DNA of 64,000 bases, taken from the human T2T-CHM13v2.0 reference genome, Homo sapiens. A model generated the notes under the pieces. The model was not told the origin of the DNA and made no database searches. It saw nothing but the letters and a program-made list of their open reading frames with translations. Each line of letters starts with the position of its first letter. Positions within the stretch are counted from its first letter, which is position 1. The position numbers and the translations under genes are program-made. Location of the stretch: assembly GCF_009914755.1 (NCBI RefSeq), contig NC_060931.1. One strand, given 5' to 3'. Below, one piece after another: positions 1 to 16,061 of this stretch.

Positions 1-360
1 CCTTTTGTCCAGCCTCAAGGCCCAACCCAATACTTTCTTTTACTTTCATTTTAGCTAGTACAGATAACAACCAAGGGATTGTGTGTTCATCATTCTTCTG
101 ATTATTTTGCATTTCCATACATATCCAATGGGCCAACTCCTGAGGAGTTAGGTCTACCATAATCTCTAAATTCCACTGGTAAATTTGACCTTTAGTTACT
201 GAACCCAGTGCAGCTGCAGTTTCATACTACGGGTGACTAGGGCACCACCCAGAGATCAAATATTCCTCTCCCCCCACGCTTTTATCCTTTATCTTTCCAA
301 ACCACAAGTTTCCACGAGCCAGGTCTGTTCCAGCAAATGCTGCTTTACTGATACCAATTC
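1..360 (-). mobile_element. ERVL-class (MER21-associated) internal 5' region / gag start remnant
   Basis: Minus strand reads ca-GAATTGGTATCAG (PBS-like) next to the MER21-like LTR end, then a gag-like peptide MVDLTPQELAHWICMEMQ...IPWLLSVLAKMK. Family assignment is inferred. Confidence 0.4.
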
Positions 361-396
361 TGAGTAGAAAAAAAAAAAAAAAAAAAAACAAGCTAA

Positions 397-688
397 GGCC
401 AGGGATGGTGGCTCACACCTATAATCCTAAAGCTTTGGGAGGCCAATGTGGGACGATTGCTTGAGCCTAGAAGTTCCGAGACCAGCCTGGACAACATAGC
501 AAGACCACTTCTTTATTAAAAATTAAAGACAATTAGCCAGACATGGTGGCACATGCCTGTAGTCCCAGCTACTCGGGAGGCTGAGGCAGGAGGATCACTT
601 GAGCCCCAGAGGCTGCACTGTGCTGTGATCATGGCACTGCAGTCCAGCCTGAGCAACAGAATGAGATCGTCTCAAAAACTAAAAAAAC
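397..688 (+). mobile_element. Alu (AluJ-like)
   Basis: GGCC..GTGGCTCACACCTATAATCC start, dimeric Alu structure, A-rich tail. Confidence 0.9.
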
Positions 689-693
689 ACGCA

Positions 694-1182
694 TTGTTTT
701 TTTCACCATTCTTGCACCCCAACAACCAGCACAGAAGACTTCTATAACCAAATATGTGGGTTTTTCCCCACACCAGCAAGCAATCATTTCTGCAGTAGAC
801 ACCAGCTGGGTGCCCTTCAATTCAGTCCAATTCTGACACTCTCTACCTGGAGATGGAGTGAGGGCTCAGTCCCACAAGACCGCCCTCCTACTTCCAATGC
901 CAGTTGCAAGCACAGATAGTGGCCTGTGCTTCTCACTCACTGGCTATAAACTGGGATTCCCATGCTCCCCTCCTGGGGCTCCATTAGTTTTCTGGAATGG
1001 CTCACAGAACTCAAGGAAATATTTATTTACATTTGCAAGTTTATTTTAAAGGATATTGACATGGAAACAGATGGAGAAGTGCACAGAGCAGAGTAGAGGG
1101 GAAGAGGTTCCAAGCTTCCATGCCATCTCCAGGTGCACCACCCTCCAAGAACCTCCAGGTGTGCAGCTATCTGGAAGCTCCT
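694..1182 (-). mobile_element. MER21-like LTR
   Basis: Motifs GGGCTCAGTCCCACAAGAC, GCTCACAGAACTCAAGGAAA and CAGCTATCTGGAAGCTC, recognised from the MER21 consensus. Confidence 0.65.
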
Positions 1183-1191
1183 AGAAATTGA

Positions 1192-1513
<322 letters not shown>

Positions 1514-2049
1514 TAAAGATCAGGCTTCTAGATAAAGGAATAAAATAAAAGGATCTTAATCTTCTGACAACATGTTAGAGAAACTGACAAGAAGATCTAT
1601 AAGAAGATAAGATAATATCTTCAATAAAAAGTCAATGTGAGCTTTTGGTGCCCTTGAAGGTAACTTTTATGCAAAAAAAGATTATTTCAGGGGTCACTTT
1701 TGTTTTACAATTCAGTATTTATTTTAGCAAGGTTAAAAATTTGAAAACTTTGTTCTTTCTTAGATATAAATTAAATTTGTAAATCTTATGCTATTCATAA
1801 ATTCAAAAACTTAACAATTACTTAAGGATTTTTTTATGCAATTAATATTGTAATAATCTTAACTATCACCATAAGTCAATATACTACAATTTCTTTTTTA
1901 AGCATTTCAATTGTCTAATAAAAACCAATTTTCCCAAGCACTTCTATAATTTATAAATCTAATGTGTTAAATTTTTACATGTGTGGAATGTGAATCTTAA
2001 ATTACATTCAATATAATGAGCAGAAGTTACTCAATTACACTTAAAAAAA

Positions 2050-2187
2050 ATAGAGACAGGCAGGTCTCGAAACTCCTGGGTTCACTATGTTTCCCAAGCT
2101 GGTCTTGAACTCCTGGGCTCAAGGATTCCTCCCACCTCAGCCTCCCAAAGTGCTAGGATTACAGAGATGAGCCACCCTGCCTGGCCT
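2050..2187 (-). mobile_element. Alu left monomer (FLAM-like)
   Basis: GGTCTTGAACTCCTGGGCTCAAG...CCCAAAGTGCTAGGATTACAG; TSD-like CTCA(A/G)TTACAC. Confidence 0.8.
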
Positions 2188-2221
2188 CAGTTACACATTT
2201 TAAATTATAATCCCAAGGCTG

Positions 2222-2781
2222 TGTGGAAATAAAGAAAGCATTAAAGTTGTTGGAACTCAAAATGCTTTAAGTCTTGAAAGAGATGGGACTGTGATCTGAG
2301 TTGGGTAGCATGTAGTTGCAACTTCTGTTTCTCAGATTATATATTAACTCTCTCTCTCCTTGTTCTGTAAATGACTAGGAGAGACAAGAGACCAGACCTA
2401 TTCTCCTAATCACTGACCTTTGTTATAGATTAACCTCCTCCTTTTCTGTTCTGAGTTTTGTTAACTCAGACCAGATGGCGCAAAAGACCCCATGACTATT
2501 ACATCTTCAGTATGGAACGTTAAATATACTTTTCCTGAAAGAAAAATATCACCTCAACCAATGAGATCATTGTAACTATGCATTAAGCCTTATATAGAAA
2601 GATGTTGAAATTCCGTTAAACTTCCCTTGTCTATATAAACAACCCTAGACATCTATGCTTCTGAACACATACTTCCATTCTTTGGAATCTGTACTTCCAG
2701 GGCAGCTATCCCACAAGGTTTGTGCTTGAATAAACTCTACAATTAATCATATTTTCTGAATTTTGTTATTTAACGTGGACA
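2222..2781 (+). mobile_element. ERV1 (MER4-group) solo LTR
   Basis: TG...CA termini with perfect 4-bp TSD GCTG (2218-2221 / 2782-2785); TATATAA box near 2632; AATAAA near 2729. Confidence 0.75.
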
Positions 2782-4185
2782 GCTGATATGTCCAATTACC
2801 TTCTAAAATGCCAAATAAACATGCATAGGTTATTTCTAAATTTGATGCCAAAATATTAATTGTATTGGTTTGACTTACTTGCTTCTCTCTGTATTTAATT
2901 CTAAGTCTTCATGGTATTAAGTCAGCACACACTAATAAGACACATTTGGTGTTAACTTCTTCGTTGGATTTTGTGTTAACTTCTTGGTTGGCTAACTATG
3001 TATATCAATCATGGATTTAATTGAACATGAGATGCAGAGCTGCAAACACTAGGGCAAATTTTTGCACAATATAGAATGCAGTATTGAGTCCTTTTCTATA
3101 GTCTTTGAGTCAGTAGTCTTAAATGCATGTCATTTAGACGGGGTAATGTCACAACCCAGTGTTGTGGGACTTTTTCCTTAGTTCAGCTAAGAGCCAGGTC
3201 CTTACCACACGGCCATGAAAAATTAGCCTCGCAGATGATTTTAAGGGTGAGAATAATGGGATTTATTGGGAAAAAACCCTCTCTCACCACTCCTATTCAA
3301 CATAGTTTTGGAAGTTCTGGCCAGAGCAATCAGACAAGAGAAAGAAATAAAGCGCATTCAAGTAGGAAGAGAGGAAGTCAAATTGCCTCTTTTTGCAGAT
3401 GACATAATTCTATATTTAGAAAACCCCATCATCTCATCCCAAAAACTCCTTAAGCTAATAAGCAACTTCAGCAAAGTCTCAGGATACAAAATCAATGTGC
3501 AAAAATCACAAGCATTCGTATACACTAACAGTAGACAAGCAGAGAGCCAAATCATCAATGAACTCCCATTCACAATTTGCTACAAAGAGAATAAGATACC
3601 TAGGAATACAGATAATAAGGGACGTGAAGGACCTCTCCAAGGAGAACTACAAACCACTGCTCAAGGAAATAAGAGAGGACACAGATGGAAAAACATTCCA
3701 GCCTTGTGGATAGGAAGAATCAATACCTTGAAAATGGTCATACTGCCCAAAGTAATTTAGAGATTCAATGCTATTCTCATTAAACTACCATTGACATTCT
3801 TCACAGAATTAGAAAAAAACACTTTAAATTTCATATGGAACCAAAAAAAGAGCCCATATAGCTAAGACAATCCTAAGCAAAAAGAACAAAGCTGGAGACA
3901 TCATGCTATCTGACTTCAAACTATACTATGAGGCTACAGTAACCAAAACAGCATGGTACTGGTACCAAAACAGACATATAGACCAATGAACAAAATAGAG
4001 ACCTCAGAAATAAGACCACAGACCTACAACCATCTGATCTTCAACAAACCGGACAAAAACAAGCAATGGGGAAAGGATTCCCTATTTAATAAATGGTGCT
4101 GGGAAAACTGGCTAGCCATATGCAGGAAACTAAAACTGGACCCCTTCCTTACACATTATACAAAGATTAACTCAAGATGGATTAA

Positions 4186-5710
<1,525 letters not shown>

Positions 5711-6935
5711 TAATGGGAGAAAATTTTTGCAATCTACTCACCTGACAAAGGTCTAATATCCAGAATCTACACGGAACTTAAACAAATTTACAGGAAATGA
5801 ACAACCCCATCAAAAAGTGGGCAAAGGATATGAACAGACACTTCTCAAAAGAAGACATTTATGCGGTCAACAAACATGAAAAAAAGCTCAACATCACTAG
5901 TCATTAGAGAAATGCAAATCAAAACCACAATTAGATACCACCTCACCCCAGTCAGAATGGCAATTATTAAAAAATCAAGAAACAATAGATGCTGGTGAAG
6001 CTGTGGAGAAATAAGAATACTTTTATACTGTTGTTGGGAATATAAATTAGTTCAACCATTGTGGAAGACAGTGTGGCGATTCCTGAAGGATCTAGAACCA
6101 GAAATACATTTGACCCAGCAATTCCATTACTGAGTATATATCCAAAGGAATATAAATCATTCTACTATAAAGACACATGCACACATACGTTTATTGCAGC
6201 ACTATTTACAATAGCAAAGACGTGGAACCAACCCAAATGCCCATCAATGATAGACTGGATAAAGAAAACATGGTACATACACGCTGTGGAATACTGTGCA
6301 GCCATACGAAGGAATGAGATCACGTCCTTCGCAGGGATATGGATGAAGCTGCAAGCCATCATCCTCAGCGAATTAACACAGGAATATAAAACCAACCACC
6401 ACCTGTTCTCACTCATAAGTGGGAATTCAACAATGAGAACATATGGATGCAGGGAGGGGAACAACACACACTGGGGCCTGTCGGGGGTGGGGGCCAAGGG
6501 GAGGGAGAGAATTAGGACAAATACCTAATGCATGCAGGGCTTAAAACCTAGCTGACGGGTTGATAAGTGCAGCAAACTAACATGGCATGCGTATACCTAT
6601 GTAACAAACCTACACGTTCTGCACTTGTATCCCGGAACTTAAAGTTAACAAACAAACAAACAAAGGCAGGGGAGGGGCAGGGAACAGGGACTCTCCAGAA
6701 GGCCAGAGTTCCTGCTAGTGTAGGCTTCTCACCTCACAGATTGAATTCCGGCTTCCACCCAGGAGGGGCCAGGCTCCTCCCTGCTGCAAACACGTGGCAA
6801 AGTTCTGTGGCTCCACCCCAGTGCCTATTCCTCTTAGTGCACACTCCTCCCAGTGCGCAGGTCAGTTGAAGACTCTGCCAGGTAGCCCTTCCCACCTGGC
6901 TCTCTCACCAGGATCCAGCTTCACTTACTTAATTA

Positions 6936-7343
<408 letters not shown>

Positions 7344-7739
7344 CTATTCTAAGTTATTTCCACGTTCTATCAATAAGACAACATTATATTTTTAGTAGAG
7401 ATGGGGTCTCACTCAAACTCCTGACCTCAAGTGATCCACCCGCCTGGGCTTCCCAAAGTACTGGGATTACAGGCATGAGCCACTGCACCCGGCCAGAGAA
7501 AAACTTTCAGCTAATATTTGACAAGGGTGGCAATAATGCACCATGGGGAAAGGATAGCCTCTTCAAAAAACGGTGGTGGGAAAACTGAATATCCACATGC
7601 AAAAGAATGAAATTGGACTCCTATCGTACATCACTCACAAATATCAACTCAAAATGGATGAAAAACTTAAATATCAGTCTGGAAGGCATAAAATTTCTAG
7701 AAGAAAACATAGGAGAAAAATTCTTTGATATTGGTCTTG

Positions 7740-7786
<47 letters not shown>

Positions 7787-8774
7787 CAGAGTCTTGCTCT
7801 GTCACCCAGGCTGGAGTGCAGTGGTGCAATCTTGGTTCACTGCAAACTCCACCTCCCAGATTCAAGCGATTCTCTGCCTCAGCCTCCTGAGTAGCTGGGA
7901 TTACAGGCACCCGCCACCATGTCCAGCTAATTTTTGTACTTTTAGTAGAGATGGGGTTTCACCATCTTGGCCAGGCTGGTCTTGAACTCCTGACCTCGTA
8001 ATCCACCAGCCTTGGCCTCCCCAAGTGCTGGGATTACAGGCGTGAGCCACCAAGCCCGGCTGGAACAATTTTTTTTTTATATGACACCGAAAGCACAGGC
8101 ATCTAAAGCAAAAATAAACACATCAAACTGAAAAGCTACTGTATAGCAAAAGAAACAATCAACACAGTGAAAAGGCAGCGTATGGAATGTGAGAAAATAT
8201 TTGCAAACCATATGTATGACAAGGAGTGAATATCCAAAATATATAAGGAACTCATACAACTCAATAGCAAAAAACCCACAAATAATCCAATGGGCAAAGA
8301 AAAGACATTTTCCCAAAAAAGACATACAAATAGCCAACAGGTACATGAAAAGGTGCTCAACATTACGAGCCATCAGGAAATGCAACCAAAACCACAATAA
8401 GATAGCACCTCACACCTGTTAAGATGATGCTTATCAAAACAAACAAACAAACAAACAAAACAAATCTAGAGATAACAAGTATTATTGAGGATGTGGAGAA
8501 AGGGGAACCCTTGAACATGGTTAGTGAAAATGTAAATTGGTACAGCTATTATAGAAAATGGAGATTCCTCAAAAAAAAAAAAAAAAATAGAGCTATCCTA
8601 TGATCTAGCAATCCCACTTCTGGGGATTTATTTTGCAGCTTCATTGAGGTATGAAGGATATAAAATTAATGTCTCAAAGGGAAGATCTGAACTCCTGTTT
8701 GTTGTGGCATCATTTACAATAGCCAAGAAATGGAAACAACCTAAGTGTCTATCAATAGACGAACAGATACACAT

Positions 8775-8775
<1 letters not shown>

Positions 8776-8819
<44 letters not shown>
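8776..8819. repeat. (CA)n microsatellite
   Basis: About 22 perfect CA units. Confidence 0.98.
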
Positions 8820-8824
<5 letters not shown>

Positions 8825-8921
8825 GACTATTATTCAGCCATAATAAAGAAGAAAATTGGACCAGGTGCTGTGACTCACACCTGTAATCCCAGCACTTTGG
8901 GAGGCTGAGGCAGGCAGATCA

Positions 8922-9320
<399 letters not shown>

Positions 9321-10148
9321 TCAGACAGAGAAAGACAAACATTGTATGATCTCATTTAAATATGGAATCTGAAAAACCCAAACTCACAGAAACAGAAGAG
9401 AATGGTAGTTGTCAGGGTTGTGGGAAAGCAGAAAAGGAGAGATGTTGGTTAATGGGTACAAAGTTTCGGTTGTGAGTTCTGGGGATCTAATGTAGAGCAT
9501 GCTGACATATAGTTAACAATACTGCATCACATACTTGAACTTTCCTAAGAGAGTAGATCTTAAACGTTCTTACCACACACACAGCTGTGTGAGGTGATGG
9601 ATGTGCTAACTAACCTGATTATGCTAAATATTTTACGTTATACACATATATCGAATCATCACGTTGCATACCTTAAATTTATACAATTTTACTTGTCAAT
9701 CATACCTCAGTGAAGCTGCAAAATAAATAGAGGGAGATCCATCATTAACTGTCCTTTCTTAGGAAGTATTATTTGAATATATCAACACAAGATTAACAAA
9801 ATACCTTTCTTTCTCTTCATAAAATTAATCAGTGTTTTAAATTTCTTTACAAAACCCTCTCATTCTAAATTTTCCTCTTGGTAATTATAGCAGAGGCATT
9901 CATTCCTACAGATTTTACAAACACAGCAATATTAGTTTAAGGCGTGTTTCAATCAAAAGTAAATATAAATATAAAACATTCACATTTCTTCCTAATTGAT
10001 TTCAAATCCTTCATGAACTATTTTTGCCATTAATGGCAGACTGAATTTTCTTTTAAATTTTTGTCATTGTTATAAAATAATCAATTAGTTCATTATCAAG
10101 TGGTAGCTTGAATCTCCTCTCATGTTTCACCAAAGATCTTCCCCTTTT

Positions 10149-10451
10149 GGCCGTGCGTGGTGGTTCACGCCTGTAATCCCAGCACTTTGGGAGGCTGAAG
10201 CAGGTGCATCACTTGAGGTCAGGAGTTCGAGACCAGCCTGGCCAACAGAGTGAAACACCATCTCTACTAAAAATACAAAAATTAGCCGGGTGTGGTGGCA
10301 TGTGCCTATAATCCCAGCTACTCAGGGAGGCTGAGGCACAAGAATCTCTTGAACCCAGGAGGCAGAGGTTGGAGTGTGCTGAGATCGCACCACTGTACTC
10401 CAGCCTGGGCGACAGAGCAAGACTCCATATCAAAAAAAAAAAAAAAAAAAA
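10149..10451 (+). mobile_element. Alu (AluS-like)
   Basis: Full Alu; TSD AAAGATCT.CC.CTTTT. Confidence 0.93.
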
Positions 10452-11141
10452 GAGAAAAAAGATCTCCCACTTTTAAATTGATGTATATTTCTACTTTGCT
10501 TGATAATATCTATTAACAAGTTTTAATTCTTCAATCCACAAACGTATTTTAAGTGATTATCACCTACCAATTAGAAAAATAGCAAGAATGAGAACTAAAA
10601 TGCAATGGCAGTTTAAAATACAACAAGCTCTGTGCCAAGAAATTTTTATTTAATCCCATATTTATAGATAAACACTTTAAAAGATTAAGTAATAGAGTGA
10701 CAGAGAGATAACTACTAAGCAGGTGTATCCAATGCTAACTAATGCCTGGGAATTAGCCAAGGTTACTCTGCCACGCCCTGCAGAGAACGATGCCATCTTC
10801 CCAAGCAAGGCAGTGACCACACACAACCTGACAGATCCAACTGTTGGAGAGAGGAAGGACAGGGGCCCACTCCTGCTGGAAACTCTGCACTGCCTCTTTC
10901 AGCCCCACACAGTCAGCTGCCTGGATCCCAAGCTCTTCCCCTGGGCATGAGTGAGCTCTTGGCAAGAGGCGTATGTAGCCCAGGCTGCACCAGCTGTTGC
11001 AGAAAACCCAGAATTTATTTGTTCCATCACTCATTCTGTAGTGGAGATTTTAGCTCATGTCAGAGTAAACCCGGGTGTCATGTGTCAGCAATGCGGCCAT
11101 GGACAGCCTTGGTACACGCACAGGATAGCTTTATGTACATA

Positions 11142-11512
11142 AAGTCATGCACTGTAACGACCGCCTATACAACAGTGATTCCATGAGATTATACTACCAT
11201 ATATATACATATATATATATATTTTTTGGCAACTCTGTAATACCATATTTTTACTGTACTTTCTCTATGTTTAGATATACAAATACTTACCACTGTGTTA
11301 CAATTGCCACAGTATTCAGTAGAGTAACCTGCTGTACAGGTTTGTAGCCAAGGAGCAACAGGCTGTACCACACAGCCAAGGTTTCGAATAGTAAGCTCTA
11401 CCATCTAGGTTGGTATACGGGCACTCTATGATGTTTGCACAGCCACAACCACAAAATCACCTGAGGACATGTTTCCAAGAACTTATCCCCATCGTTAGGT
11501 CACACTTGACTG
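11142..11512. mobile_element. Tigger3/MER7-type non-autonomous DNA transposon
   Basis: Degenerate TIRs (C)AGTCATG...TGACTG; internal CAGTATTCAGTA.AGTAAC.TGCTGTACAGGTTTGTAGCC. Confidence 0.85.
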
Positions 11513-11530
11513 TGTTCTCCTGACACTTCT

Positions 11531-12471
<941 letters not shown>

Positions 12472-12619
12472 CATCCTGACACATTCTTAATAGGTAACAG
12501 GCAGCTACAAGGGCAGTTTCCTTCTACAGCCTCTAGAAATAGTTTCAACACTTCACAATCTGCATTGTTTCCTACTAGGCTACCCTTGAAAACAATTCTC
12601 AGGAGAAGAGGAAAAGAGA

Positions 12620-13520
12620 TGAAAAAGATATAGTCCCTGCCTTCAAGAAGCTCCTGTCTAATGCAGTGGGTGAGAGCTGAGATGAACAGCTCATGCAAGG
12701 TGATACGTTATGATAGAGGTATGATCAGAGTAGTGTGAGAAAACAGAAGAGGTTCTATTAATTGCAAATAGGTAGGAGGAGATGACCATTATGAAGGAAT
12801 GATTATGCAAGAGCTTATAATTGAATAGGATTTGAAAAAGGTGTCAGGATTTCCCCAGGAGAGTAGGGGAGCTTGTTTTCCTGGAATTTAATACTGCATG
12901 AGCAAACACACAGGCTCCATGAGAAGGCAAAGACTTACATTCAAGAGTATGAGCCCCAGATTTGTAAAATTTAAATACTGATGTACTCACAAACAGCAAA
13001 CCTGCAAGCTGCACTTACCTGTCCCATATACTTCCATCACTTCCTTTCTTATTGGATAGACACAATAAAAGATTAACTGCAAGAAAACTATTTAACCATC
13101 TCCAGATTTAGTAAGAGGTGCAATAACAGATCTAAATTTGGGGACAAACTTTTTGTGCACAAGTCAGATTCTGAGCTAGGTCTGTCTTCTACATATAATT
13201 TAGAGTCATGCATGAAATGAGCCTCAGGGGTGAGAAAAAATAAGGATGGACTGAAAGAGGATCTGTTGCCTAAAGACCAGGAAGGTTGGGTATACTAAAT
13301 ATATCTGGTGCCATTTGAAAATGTATTCTTCCATGAAATCCGTAATTCTGGAAGGCAGTGGTTTGGGTGTTAGGTGAACATTCATCTCTAATAAAAGAAG
13401 TCTTGGATGTGAAAGGCCTTGGAATATGTACAAGGAGTTGACTCTCCTGAAGACAGAGAAAGTCTGTTCGAGTCTTTTAAACAAGGAGTAGCAAGGTTTG
13501 TGTTTTAGAAAAACACTTGT
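12620..13520 (-). mobile_element. L2 fragments (approx. 12620-12910 and 13400-13520)
   Basis: AGTCCCTGCCTTCAAGAAGCTC and TTTTAAACAAGGAG..TGTGTTTTAGAAA resemble degenerate L2. Confidence 0.55.
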
Positions 13521-13521
13521 G

Positions 13522-13843
13522 GCAGCCGGGTGTGGTGGCTCATGCCTGTAATCCCAGCACTTTGAGAGGCCAAGGCAGCTGGATCACGAGGTCAGGAAAT
13601 CGAGACCAACCTGGCCAACAAGGTGAAACACCATCTCCACTAAAAATACAAAAGTTAGCTGGGTATGGTGGCACACGCCTGTAAACGCAGCTATTTGGGA
13701 GGCTGGGGCAGGAGAATCACTTGAACTGGAGGCAGAGGTTGCAATGAGCTGAGATGGCACCACTGCACTCCAGCCTGGGTGACAGAGCAAGACTCTGTCT
13801 CAGAAAAAAAACAAAAAAACAAAAAAACAACAACAAAAAAAAA
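13522..13843 (+). mobile_element. Alu (AluSc/Sg-like)
   Basis: Full Alu with (AAAC)n tail. Confidence 0.92.
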
Positions 13844-13889
13844 CCAGAGCTGTCTCTGGTCAAAGCTGAAAGAATTTTTGCATGACTCT

Positions 13890-14352
13890 TGTTGATCTAA
13901 GAAGAAACTGAGGCAAAATTAAGTAGAGGGTTTATTTGGGTCAAGGTTGAGAGCTAGAGCCCAGGAGTCCTAGAACCGTTGCCCTGAGTATATGCTCCAA
14001 GTGGGTTTTTAAATAAAAAGAACTTAGGAGAACATTTCTAAGTTTACCAAGAATTTACATTGGTTCATTATAATAACATAAGCTATTGACTGGCTGTGCC
14101 TTGTCCTTGTATCACAAATCCCAGAATAATGGGTGAGGGTCACATTGTGCAACTTGTAGTAATATTTCAGGTAGTTTATCAGCTATCCGGAAACTACAGG
14201 GAAAGAAAGAAGAAACAAAATACCTGTAAACAATTGCCCAGGGCCTGGGTGCCAGGACTGTGACTGCAGTCTCATGCTCATGTCTCTCTGCGGCTGATAA
14301 GTTCTGCATACCTCACATTCCTCAGGCTGCTCTGAGCAGCTTTGCTTTTGCA
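13890..14352 (-). mobile_element. ERV1 (MER4-group) solo LTR
   Basis: TG...CA termini with 4-bp TSD CTCT (13886-13889 / 14353-14356); antisense AATAAA near 13931. Confidence 0.7.
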
Positions 14353-14540
14353 CTCTAACTGATGGAAATGTATAGAGCATGTGAAAAACCTGTGAGTTGA
14401 TCAACATACTCAAAAAAGAGAGAGCCAAAGTGCAGATTAAACCAAAACAGATCAAATCAAAACAAAACAAACACATAAAAACTTTATTTGGCACCACTGG
14501 AGATGAAAATGACATTAACTCTTTATTATAAAAAATTAGT

Positions 14541-14842
14541 AGGGTGGGTATGGTGGCTCACGTCTGTAATCCCAGCACTTTGGGAGGCCGAAGCAGGTGG
14601 ATCACGAGGTCATGAGTTTGAAACCAGCCTGGCCAATATAGTGAAACCCCGTCTCTACTAAAAATACAAAAGTTAGCTGGGCAAGGTGGCACATGCCTGT
14701 AGTCCGTTACTCAGTAGACTGAGGCAGGAGAATCGCCTGAACCCAGGAGATGGAGGTTGCAGTGATCCGAGATCACACCACCGCACCCCAGCCTGGGCAA
14801 CAGAGTGAGATTCCATCTCAAAAAAAAAAAAAAAAAAAAAAA
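14541..14842 (+). mobile_element. Alu (AluSg-like)
   Basis: Full Alu with polyA tail. Confidence 0.92.
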
Positions 14843-15069
14843 TCTCTTAAAGTTCTTGTGTATTTTCATCTTGTTTAGTGCAATGCCATAAACCTTGAAT
14901 AGCACCATTGGACCCACACAAAGTGCCACTAGTGATGCTGGAAGTGCTTCCAAGAAGCAGAGGAAAGTCATGACATTACAAGAAAAAGCTAAATTGCTTG
15001 ATATGTACCATAGATTGAGGTCCATAACTGTGGTTGCAACCATTTCAAGATAAATGAATCCAGCATAAG

Positions 15070-15502
15070 TGTCAGGCCTCTGAGCCCAAGCTGTGTCATT
15101 GTATCCCCTGTGACCTGCACGTCTACATCCAGATGGCCTGAAGCAACTGAAGATCCACAAAAGAAGTGAAAATAGCCTTAACTGATGACATTCCACCATT
15201 GTGATTTGTTTCTGCCCCACCCTAACTGATCAATGTACTTTGTAATCTCCCCAACTCTTAAGAAGGTTCTTTGTAATTCTCCCCACCCTTGAGAATGTAC
15301 TTTGTGAGATCCATCCCCTGCCTGCAAAACATTTCTCCTAACTCCACCACCTATTCCAAAACCTATAAGAACTAATGATAATCCCGCCACCCTTTGCTGA
15401 CTCTCTTTTCGGACTCAGCCCACCTGCACCCAGGTGAAATAAACAGCCTTGTTGCTCACACAAAGCCTGTTTCGTGGTCTTTTCACACGGACGCGTGAGA
15501 CA
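15070..15502 (+). promoter_or_regulatory. HERV-H 5' LTR (type II / LTR7B-like)
   Basis: Tandem ~30-bp type II repeats (TGTACTTTGTAAT.CTCCCCACCCTT.AGAA), TATA-like CCTATAAG, AATAAA at ~15438. Promoter activity is not shown. Confidence 0.88.
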
Positions 15503-15504
15503 TT

Positions 15505-15522
15505 TGGTGCCAAAGACCCAGG
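15505..15522 (+). promoter_or_regulatory. Primer binding site, tRNA-Phe-like
   Basis: TGGTGCCAAAGACCCAGG 2 nt after the LTR; closer to Phe (TGGTGCCGAAACCCGGGA) than to His (TGGTGCCGTGACTCGGAT). Confidence 0.7.
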
Positions 15523-15642
15523 TCAGAGGGACTCCTTCGGGAGACCAGTCCCCTGTCGTCACCCTCACTCCGTGAAGAGCTCCATCTATGACCTCGGGTC
15601 CTCAGACCAACCAGCCCAAAGAATACCTCAGCAATTTCAAAT

Positions 15643-15652
15643 AGGGTAAGTG
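15643..15652 (+). promoter_or_regulatory. HERV-H major splice donor
   Basis: AGG|GTAAGT with GT at 15646-15647, at the expected leader position. Confidence 0.75.
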
Positions 15653-16061
15653 ATCTTTTCACTCTCTTCTCCAGCCTCTCTCACTACCCTTCAATCTTCC
15701 TCTCTCAATACCTTCAATCTCCTTGTCCATCCAATTCCAGTTCTTTTTCCTCTCTAGTAGAGAAAAAGGAGACACATTTTATCCGTGGACCCAAAACTCC
15801 AGCACCAGTCATGGACTTGGGAAGACAGTCTTCCCTTGGTGTTTCATCACTGGGGGGATGCCTGTCTGATTATTCACCGACATTCCACTGGTGTCTGATC
15901 ACTGCAGGGACCCCTGTCTTGGTCATTCACCCACATTCCCTTGGTGGCAACTCAATTGTGGGGACGCCTGCTTCGGCTGCTCACCCACATTGCAGCCCAG
16001 GGCTGCTCCCCACTCCCTTCTCAGTGTCTCTACCCTTCTCTTTAAACTTGCCTCCTTCACT

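Noticed and set aside
6665-6907. p53 response element expected in some MER61 LTRs
   Set aside because: No RRRCWWGYYY pair is visible in this copy.
15230-15310. Tandem ~30-bp repeats resembling a repeat-spacer array
   Set aside because: These are the known type II U3 repeats of LTR7B; no unique spacers and no cas genes in this primate DNA.
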